Shown: positions 49,651 to 59,334 of the stretch, piece by piece
How the letters are laid out: each line of letters opens with the position of its first letter
Position numbering within the stretch: position 1 is the first letter of the stretch
Assembly: GCA_001600815.1 (NCBI GenBank)
Contig: BCKZ01000005.1
Location: forward strand, 1,241,794-1,301,127
From: Alloascoidea hylecoeti
Taxonomy: Eukaryota
DNA: 59,334 bases
Reading direction: 5' to 3'
The notes under the pieces: model-generated
Seen by the model: only the letters and a program-made list of their open reading frames with translations
What the model was told of the DNA's origin: nothing
Database searches by the model: none
Translations under genes and position numbers: made by a program

Positions 49651-50305
49651 AAGAAATACATGTTGATACATGTATTTACACATAGATATCAATATTCACA
49701 TACATTTAAAGTCAGTGGAGGCATATTTATTAATATTCTCCTGGAAACAACACTATTGCTATCATTAAGGGTATTTATTAAGGCCCTATCTAGGGCCATT
49801 GTTTGGAGATTGTGGAAATGCCATCACTAGATATGGTGTCTCATTACGCACATTTTATGGATATACATATAATGGGAAGTACTTCTGATGATTTATCTTA
49901 TATTTTTTTGTCTTTATCTTAGAAGTTAGTTTTATATGGGAAATACTGCTGTAATAAATAAGTTTTGTTGATTAATTCTTTAATTTGTTGATTGAAATTG
50001 GCGATTTATGTTGCAAACATTTTGACGTTTAGCAGATTACACCTTAAAATTTCAGATGTCGCGCGAGATAAGAATTTACGACAGATATGGTAAAGTGTTT
50101 TTACCCCTTGTCCTGGTAACATTTTTTTGGATGTTACTCCAAAATATTTCACACTCTTTAACTTTGAAGAAATACGCCAATAACTCTTCTAGTGTAACAC
50201 CTACTCAAATTCAAATCCTGAGAACTATAAATTATTCAATACCTTTGAGGAGCTGGCTTGAATTGATATTTCTTTAAGCAATATTTATTTTCAATTTTCA
50301 AGGAA

Positions 50306-50957
50306 TTATAAATATTTCAAATATTTTCTCCTTAATTTTTCAGTAAAATCATAGACAATAATATCACCATCCATAGTTAAAGCAGCTAACATTTTGGAAT
50401 CAGCACCAATTGAATAAGCAGGATGTAAATTTGATTCTTTATGTTTTAATTGTTTTAATAATCGAAAATGTTTTAAAGAATAAATCTTGATAGTACATTC
50501 ATAATTAATAGAAATCATCAAGTAGAAATAATGTAATTGGTACTTCATCTTCTCTGGCATTGGATAAAAGAACTATTGGTTCATTTGATATTAAATCCCG
50601 AACTGTTAGTTTTCCGCCATCAACAACAAATAAGTATCGATCATTTACTTCAATGCATAGTACATAACCATACCGAAATTCTTGCAACATTTGACCAGTT
50701 TCAATATTCCAGGATCTAACAGTTGTAATTCTTCTACTATATATTATACTTTTGGAAATGAAAATCTCTTCAAGGTTCTGTTCTTCAATACGGAATTGAA
50801 AATTAAACTGTAGTTGATGTTGGAAATTATCAAGACTTGATTTCCAAACCCCGATTTAAAAATTATCACAACATACAATATAATCATTATATACAGCGAC
50901 ACCATTTATAGATAAACCATGTTCTGCTGCTCCTGGGATTATGAAACGATCTATTGG
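50306..50957 (-). pseudogene. F-box/WD40 family C-terminal half, truncated by the inverted-repeat arm
   Basis: PIDRFIIPG..VAVYNDYIVCC..WKSSLDNFQHQLQF..SWNIETGQMLQEF..YDFTEKLRRKYLKYL; abuts the repeat at 50958. Confidence 0.82.
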
Positions 50958-51525
50958 TCCAGATTTCTTCTCATATGCTCTTGATTAAGAATCTCTGGTT
51001 GTTGCCTATCGACTCCTGCTTCAATCTCTAGCTCCAATCTTCTTTGATCAGTATACTCTTTTAATTATCTATGTAGAGAACTGAATATATACCGGTGTAC
51101 ACTAAAAGATATCACCAACCATAGTATTATGAAATATGAACTACAAATTTTAAGACCTTTGAAGAACCCAGGAACCCAGGAGTACACACCTCACACTGTT
51201 CATTATTCCTTTCTTCGCTAGCACCGGTACCGTTGGCGCTTATTTCCAATTAAATAACACGACTAATAATAATATCACAAAGCGAGGATGTGGAGATAGC
51301 AGCCTGAAAATTCAATAGTCCCGAAGCCGTCTTTGGTCGCGATATATAACCACTGATCTAAAAAGAATTTATTGGGGTTATTGTTACTTGCAGATGATAA
51401 ACACATTAAAATTTAATTGCTACAATGCAAATGTGCCGTTAGATGGTAATTGGCTATGCATCAACGGCTGGCTTCACTATGTATAAGCACATGCATATAA
51501 AGTTTTAATTTTATGAATAAGTACA
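50958..51525 (-). repeat. ~570-bp repeat, right arm of an inverted pair
   Basis: Reverse complement of 47205-47781. Confidence 0.9.
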
Positions 51526-51948
51526 GTATATCTACAAGTTTCATTAAAGAAAGGAAAAGTTGTTCATTTTTCAACTCTCTTTGCGAATTCCAATCTCAAA
51601 TATTTATGTCGTGCAGAAAATACTGATGTTTCTCAAAATGCCTAAAAATTATTCAGACAACCAATAATTAATCACTCTAACGGAAATCAGAAACATATAT
51701 AACAAAGGATTCCACGTTTCTGCCAAGCAATTTCTTGACAATTATTCATGAGCGGTATAAAAGAGAAGTATTTGTGTTATTTACCGCCAACTATTCATCC
51801 TTTTATTGTCCTTCTCAAGAGTAACGAATTTTTTGATTCACTTGCTGAAATTACCAAAAAAACACTGTATAGTGAACAGCCAAGTTCCAAACCTAGCTAT
51901 GGATAATCATGTTGACAGATATAACAAGTTGACAATTATTACTGAAAG

Positions 51949-52281
51949 TTAATCCAAACACCCTCCTATAGAGTGTATAAGTTGGTCAACTTTTGCTTTA
52001 TTAGTGAGATCAACCTTCACTCCATAACGTTTGCACTTAACATTTATATCATTGGTCGATAATCTTTCAATGGAATCTAGATCAGTCAATTTCCAGTTTA
52101 CCATTAAAGGCATGACAAATGTTCCCTCTTCATCTAAATACCCCACAGGTCTATAACCTTCTAAAGAGGAACGCTTTATTCCAAAATTGAAGGACTTATT
52201 AAAATCGGACAAGCATTTCTTTTTTTGGGTATCCTCCACCCGTATAAGGCTTGTTTTTAATGAACTCAACTCTGAGTCCAT
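51949..52281 (-). CDS. Mug135/DUF1773-like C-terminal domain ORF (110 aa, probably 5'-truncated)
   Basis: N..KR..YRPVGYL..G..LTDLDSIERLSTNDINVKCKRYGV..KAKVDQLIHSIGG fits the recalled Mug135-like C-terminal pattern (L.sie.i..L...e....L..YG.....K..L...iG). Lacks the N-terminal part seen at 33365. Confidence 0.55.
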   Translation of the reverse strand: MDSELSSLKTSLIRVEDTQKKKCLSDFNKSFNFGIKRSSLEGYRPVGYLDEEGTFVMPLMVNWKLTDLDSIERLSTNDINVKCKRYGVKVDLTNKAKVDQLIHSIGGCLD

Positions 52282-52352
52282 ATGTGTGAATCATTATTAT
52301 TAAAGACAGATTTATACATATGGACTCAGAGTTGAGTTCGTTAAAAACAAGC
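52249..52352. repeat. 44-bp-arm inverted repeat (hairpin) over the Mug135-like ORF start
   Basis: Arms 52249-52292 and 52309-52352, 16-nt loop, 3 mismatches. Followed by another scrambled family fragment (MNQERDLNIIEQITTLRNEIRDE, ~52385-52455). Confidence 0.9.
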
Positions 52353-53781
52353 GCTGACCAGATCAAGACAGAAATTATACGGGATGAACCAGGAAAGGGA
52401 TTTAAATATAATAGAACAAATCACAACCCTTAGAAATGAAATTAGAGATGAATAGAAAGAGTTCCAGAGGTGAGTGGCGTTTCCGGAACCCAAACATATC
52501 GCTCATGGCCACCCCAAGCACTTTTGATCATGTGATGAAAAAGAGACAATACGAGGCACACACCCTCGTATTTATACCTTTGTATTTTGTCTGATGGCGG
52601 AATAGAGTCTACTCGGATGGAAAGTATTGAGAGGGAGAAGACTATCCAATCAGATGCTAGATAGAGGATATATTAGTTCGTTAGTTACTTTGCTATATGG
52701 GTATGAGTCCTCCTGTCTATAAAAAAATATGAATAATTTATACCAACTATTAAGGAATTATTGTTAAATAACATATAATTCAGGACTCCTAACTTTTCTA
52801 AATATTACTGGATACAATTCCAGTAAAACAAAAAAGACCTCCTTTTGATACTACAACTAGATTTAGTCGCATTGGATATGATGAGGATGCGAGGAGTTCT
52901 CAAAAAGTGATTGATCCAGCTAACCCCATAACTCGGACAATAATTTTGAGAGCGGATCCATGGCCTTATTGAGTTTACCTTTAATTATGGCTTACTATTA
53001 ATAATTTTTGTCGGATCACTTTTGAGTTTTACCTATTTCAATGACATTGAGATGTGAAAGCTCGTATGCCAACATAATTGTTCCATTTGATTTTCCTCCT
53101 GATTTTTGGATATAGGAGTATAAAGACTGTTCTTTTGAAGAATACCACCTTCAAAAGCTTGAATAAAAGGTATTGCTACCCGTTATACTACTTTTTTGAT
53201 ATGCACCTCTGAAAAAGTTTCCCTAAAAGTTCTCTGTAACAGACGAGTATCGCGTGTTCTTTGTCAGACCCTTTTGTCATTCTTTTATTAGTATCCTACC
53301 TTCTCGCTCATATAACTTAGGCTTTCCGCCAGTCGTCTACAGTATTAGAGTATCAATATATGTATTGAAGCCAGACGCGACTCGCGGTAATCTGGAGAAC
53401 ACCTGCAAATCTACCAGTTTTAGCATAGTTATGGCCTGATACTACCAAATAAACGATATATTTCTTTTCATCTCTAGTCAACCAAATGGTCGAATATGAT
53501 TAAGATTTCAAAAAACTTGCATACATCTATGTAATGCAGGAACTGTATAATATTTAAAATAATAAGTCACCTGAATACTTTCTCCTAAAAATGCCATAAT
53601 AAAATGCCGAAACTCACATACAAGTGACGAAAATGACGCCCGAATGTGCTACTTTAAAGAGAGTTAGTTTGTAGTCATCAACCCATAGTGGACACTTATT
53701 TTTTAATCTACCTGAAGTTCTTACGCCCTTTCTTTTCTTCTTATTTTGTATCGGAACAACTAACGTCTTACCAACTGCAAT

Positions 53782-55042
53782 ATGCCCCTACACGAAGATC
53801 TCAAGTCCGCGGTCGATTTAATAGTCAATCTTCCTGTTGAAATATCCAAGATAATCTTCTTGGATTTGCTACCAAAAACTTTACTTAATTGTAGAAGAGT
53901 ATGTAAATCATGGAAACAAGTAGCTGAAAATGATAATATATGGAAGTCTTAAAGATCAGAAATATTGGAAATACTATAATGAAGATTCGGAGACTGATTC
54001 ATGGTATGAATTATACAAAGAACGTTATCTTTTAGAATTGAATTGGAAAAATGGTATATTCACACAGCATAAATTAAGTGGTCACTCTATCCAAACAAAT
54101 TGTGTTAAATTTTATAAAAACTGGATTATAACTGGTTCACAAGATCGTACAATTAGAATTTGGGATAGTGAAACTTTTAAATGCTTGAAAGTATTAGGTG
54201 ATCCAAATCGTGGGATTTCAACAAAAAATTTATCAAATGCGGAAATGTTGGAATTAAGAAGATATTCCGATATCAAATTTCATTCAGATGGTGTTAATTG
54301 TATGGATATTAGTGACAAATATTTGGTTTCTGGTTCATGGGGTGTGTCTTGCATAATTTGGAGATTACCAGATTTTGAACCAATAAATCATCTGCTAATG
54401 TCAGTAGAAATAGATGATGATACAGTTCTAAATAATGTCATTGTATACAATGATTATATTGTATGTTCTGGTTATTATTATATTGGTGTTTGGAAATCAA
54501 CTCTTGATAATTCTGAACCACTACAGTTTAATCTTCAATTCCGTTTAGATGTAAGTGGAATTGGTGATATTTGCATTCATAATGATATTATATATAGTAC
54601 TGAATATACAACAGTAAGATCCCGCAAAATTGAAAGCGGTCAAATAATCCAAGAGTTTAATTTTAGACAACTAGGACCCATTGCAGTAAAGGATCAATAC
54701 TTAATAGCTGGTAACTACGACACACTAACAGTTTTGGATTTACAATCAAATACAGTGATGAAGGTTTTACCATATGATGAAGCACATGAACAACTTATTA
54801 GTATATTTATAATTGATAATAAAATCATTTATGTTAATTATGATTGTACTATTAAGATTTGGAATTTAAATGATTTAAAATTATTCAATAAATTTGTAAA
54901 TTTAGAACATTTATTAAATACACGTTCAGGTCGTTCAATTTGTGCTGATTCGAAAAGACTAGCTCCTTTTACTATAAATGGTGATTTTGTTATCTATGAT
55001 TTTACTGAAAATTTAAGGAAGAAATATTTAAAACATTTATAA
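53782..55042 (+). pseudogene. F-box/WD40 protein, near-intact (one frameshift after the F-box)
   Basis: ATG 53782 MPLHEDLKSAVDLIVNLPVEISKIIFLDLLPKTLLNCRRVCKSWKQVAENDNIWKS*. An apparent 5-nt deletion at ~53950 relative to paralogs (WKSKFQ[DE]QKY); WD40 frame open 53930-55042. Confidence 0.85.
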
Positions 55043-55139
55043 TTGAGTGTCTGAAAATAAACATTGCCGCCTAAAGAAAATTTAATCTATCGATAATTAA
55101 TCATAGTTAGCAGTCCATAATACGATATTTAAACCCCGC

Positions 55140-55775
55140 TCTAAAATTCCAAAGGAATTCATCATCTAATAAATAGATTGATGAAGCATCAAATTCATTG
55201 CTTCACATACATATGATTCATTCTTCTATTTTATCACTCTAGAAAGAAAATGCGTTTATGCAAGAAATACAAATCTGGGTTATAGTTTCAAAAGAATAAA
55301 AGAAGTACTACAACTGATTCAAGATTAACTGATAGTGTATAACCCATCTTTTTCAGGCACTACCTCTAAAGAAAAGTGAATTCACTAAATATTCTTTCTA
55401 TAGAAAAACTACTGATCCTACTAGACTTTCCTTGTTTTAATTTAAAGTTGGAGAGATTTCTTTTCTATTCTATTTTTGATCGTATTTATTTTGAGTATAA
55501 TATATTATATGTTTTCCTCTTAACATGTTATTACCAACCGCTGCTTCATTAAGCATTTATGCCTTGCTTCTGCTACCGTTACTTAATTGTTTCATTTTGG
55601 TTCTAAAGATTTAGTTTTCGCTAAAATTCTTTCATTTTCATCTTTACTAGAAAACTCTCTTACGAATTCTCCATCAAGCTAAGCAGGTTGGTTGTCTTGT
55701 GGTGATGGTGTATCCAAAGAAATAAATTCACCGTATACTCGTCTAAAATGGTCAAATCCCAGTATGAAAATGGAC
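55140..55775 (-). pseudogene. Decayed unknown gene convergent with the F-box gene (partner, copy B)
   Basis: ..GEFVREFSSKDENERILAKTKSLEPK*..INTIKNRIEKK..*SNEFDASSIYLLDDEF; homologous to 32197-32556. Confidence 0.5.
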
Positions 55776-56239
55776 ATGTTTCACTGCAAACTACAACTCA
55801 TTTAAATTAAACTTGGGGTTTATCAATTTTTACTCTTATTTTTGATAAATTGTTAGTTTTAATTTTGTATAATTTCAAATAAATTTCTTAATCTCATCCT
55901 TTTCAGGTAACTACCCGATTTAGTTTTAATCAAGTTTCCGTCGCCAAATGTCCGTTTTATTTAACAAAAGTGAACATCTTGTTCAATCTTAGATGAAAGT
56001 TTCAACTTGACTATACAACCTCAATTTGTTAACCAAAATTTAATGAAGTAGTTACCGATAATTCTTCAATACGGCCTAAATTAAGCGGAGGCTAAGGGCA
56101 TATATAAAGATTATTATCTTGTGATAATTTGAAAACAAATAGAAATATTTTATTTTTAGATTACTCAACGCTCTTTAACTATTATGAGATTAGATTAAAT
56201 CTAAANAAACAGTTTTATATCTAATTTTGAAAATAAAAT

Positions 56240-58907
56240 TTATANTACTTCACCATTNAACCATTCAATTGAAAAGGGTACACAATCATAAGGCATATCT
56301 AAGTCAGCTGTATCAAAATGTGAAATATCATCCATATTTATATCAGTATCATCATTAATATTGACATTTCCATACATTCCATTAGTATTATTTGAGTTAT
56401 TATTATTATTATGGTGTTGTAATTGATCGGAGAAATTTGAATCAGCNAAATAGGAAAATTGAAAATGTCTGGCCATGGGACTAGTAAGATAGTGATCAGT
56501 ATTGTTCACCGAATTAAACTCATGAATTATATTACAAATATTAGCTGTATTTTGCGATTCATGATTTTCATTGCCATTGTCAGTTTCAATTTCATTCTTT
56601 TTGTTTAAATTTGTATTAAACAAGTTGNCATTAATAATATTATCTGACATCAAAGAATCTATTTTACTACCTGCTAAATTAATCTCCTTGTTAGCGCTAA
56701 TGTTGTAAAAAGAATTAAACTCTGCTACTGAACCGAAATCATCATCAATAGTATTATTATTAAAAACAACTTTATTTTGAGATGTTTTCACTATAAGTGA
56801 TGCGACAAACGATATTNTCCGTGCGTAAAAATAAACGAGTGAATATCTATTTGTAACCTTTTCAAGTTCCAATATTACCGACATTAACGATCGTTTTGAA
56901 GCTTCTCGAAATTCATCTGATCTCAAAATTTCGTTTCCTGATTCTGTTGTTGATGATACACCATCTGGATTTGATTTATAAATAAAATCAAGACTCGGTA
57001 NAGAATATAAATATTCAGGTATTTGACTGCGTAATAAAATTGATACAATAAACATGCTTGCTTTTAATACTGCTTTTAATAAAATTGGTGATATTATTGA
57101 TAAAACTCCATAACCAAAATATTCATTACAATTATTTAAATGTTCAAGTGAAAAATAGAAAAGAACCATTGTAGTTAGACTTGCATATCTGAAATATTTA
57201 TTATTTAATTCTTTTTCTTCTGGTCCAGTATTAAGATATAAAATATAATAAGATGTATGAATATATCCTAAGATCTCAATCCTTAGGTTAATTAATCGCA
57301 ATCTTTTATTTCTATTTAATAAATCTTCATCTGTTATACGATGAAATAGATCTGTAAATGATGGTTTAGTTTCCAAAAGAAAAATTAACATTTTTTCNGT
57401 TATTGATTCTAGATTTGATCTTCTTGCTTTTATTTTCAAGTTCAATGATAGCTGAATTGATTCTCTTACATATTGACATACTGTATATAGCAATTGATAA
57501 TACTCGACCTCTGCTTGAAATATTGGATCATTCTCGACGGATTCAAATAATTTCAAAGGACTTGTATCACTGTAATTGGTATTCAAAATTAGTGGCGTAC
57601 CCATATCGGATGATTGCAGTGTATCAGTCATTAGTACGATTGTCCATATTTGTCTCCGTTGATATTTAAACGTTTCACTATAATCGCTATTAATTATATC
57701 AGGATCTCTGTTTAAGTCCAACGAAAGAGCAATTTCACATATTCGACCTAATATTATTGAATTGTTTTCCATACATACTTTCTCACCATATTCTGGTGCA
57801 ACCTCATAATAAAATTTCAACAGTATTAAATACCATATCAATTCAAAAGAATTTTTTGATAAAAATGAGAATGATACAGCTCTTTGTGAAAGAGAAGCAT
57901 ATTCTTCTGATATTTCAATATCATTATCATAAATTGGTTTCAAATGTTTATATCTGGGTAGCGATAAAAAATAATTTGGATCACCATTCATATAAGGTAA
58001 AGATATATAACCAATTCTTAAAAATAATAAGAAACTAGCAAGTAATATGAATTCATTTGAATTATCAATACCACCAACTAAATTAATCTTAAATTTATAG
58101 TATTGTGAGAATTTCATTGCTTTTAAGTCTAAAATCGAATTGAATGAGTCAATTAAAGATCCACCTTGATATGATGGCGATAGAATCCTAATAACAAGTA
58201 CAGCATTTTTCAAAATTAAATCACAGATATATTTAGAAGGTAATAACTTTTCAACTTCGGTAATTAATGATCTCTTTTTACTATAATCATTGAGAATAGA
58301 GTGACTGCTATTACCTATAGTATCATAACCATGAAGCAAACCCTCGCTACCACGATCATTGACACCAAATATATTGTTCGTTAGCTCAGTCTCAATGAGG
58401 ATTGTTGATTTGAATGCAGCATCTATTATATTTTTAAAAATGGGATCTAATGAAGATATAAAAGTCCTACTCGTTGCAAAATGAGTTGTATGATCTTGTT
58501 CTATATCCAAAATTTGGATTTTAGTTGATAAATCTAAAATAGGATCCTTCTTGCTATTTTCATTATGATTCTCATTGATAAAGTATATTTCTTGTTTCCC
58601 CCTCTGTTTTTCTTTCTGTTTCAATTTTGACTCCAAGCTTTTAATTTCTTCTTTTAGTATAGAATTAATCATTCTAAAATCTTCTTCAACATTAACTTCA
58701 TCCTTAGTTTTGTATCTACAATAGTTAGAAAACCCGATATTTGAGCAATTTCCACATTTTGGCTTTTTCCCATCGCACTGAATTGATACAATAAATGTTA
58801 ATCTTCATGTGTCGTTTAATTGAGCTGGAGAATCTTACTTTCACGTGACGCTGCCTACAGGGACAGCAAGCTATAGCTTTTCGATGACTTCCCTTGGAAT
58901 AAACCAT
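56240..58907 (-). CDS. Zn(II)2Cys6 transcription factor; exons 58907-58839, 58777-56240
   Basis: Spliced ACCPCRQRHVK/CDGKKPKCGNCSNIGFSNYC (intron 58838-58778, GTAAGA..TTAAC..CAG); middle homology region LDLNRDP..QRRQIW..D..S..GTPL. Confidence 0.9.
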
Positions 58908-59334
58908 GATTAAAATCGGTCCTTTTCACTTTCAAATAACTATGAAATTTACAGTTATGAATATTTTAAAATATATATGGGTGTATGGTGGCGGTCCATC
59001 CTAAGCGTAAGTACACCCACTCGCCTACATTAAACAAAACTCCACGTTTCAGGAAAAGAAGCAATTGACTCTCACGATGTGCATGTTAGCCTCCATAGCC
59101 TGCTGACTAGATATTCTAGATTAATTTCGTACGTGGGATGGATTAAATGGTATAGCATGTAATACACTAAAAATCGGCCATTTTTATGACGTATTCAGCG
59201 AATGTTTGAGCTTAACGTTTGTTCCGGCCAATATGTTATTATAGGTATTAATCATAAAATGTCAATATTAGATAAACTAAAAATGCCTCTTAGTGTTGTT
59301 AGAGGGTTGTTATTATTAAATTCATTTCAATTGA

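Overview
AT-rich fungal nuclear DNA with short GT-AG introns carrying CTAAC/TTAAC branch points; gene content (SSY1, CYC1, HST2, Asterix, TYSND1-like protease) suggests an intron-rich, probably early-diverging budding yeast (inference). Core genes: FSH hydrolase, ZNF511-like zinc finger, a membrane protein, a 6-exon Asterix/PAT10 gene with a 6-nt microexon, DUR3, KDM5/JHD2-like demethylase, IRE1, SUA5, TTC1-like TPR, HST2, CYC1, SSY1, ISY1, a TYSND1/DEG15-like protease and a Zn2Cys6 factor. Three accessory zones (about 0-2.4, 30-34 and 45-56 kb) hold at least eight decayed copies or fragments of one F-box/WD40 family, an intact intronless bacterial-looking WGR-PARP tail-to-tail with the sirtuin, and copies of a coiled-coil + Mug135/DUF1773-like gene (the domain family of the S. 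pombe killer meiotic driver Tdk1). These genes occur twice in the same Mug135-like / F-box / unknown-partner arrangement. Also present: a 44-bp hairpin of the Mug135-like gene, a ~570-bp near-identical inverted repeat pair, and a SINE-like or LTR-leader-like insert. Family assignments are by eye, from motifs and recall; no database search was run.
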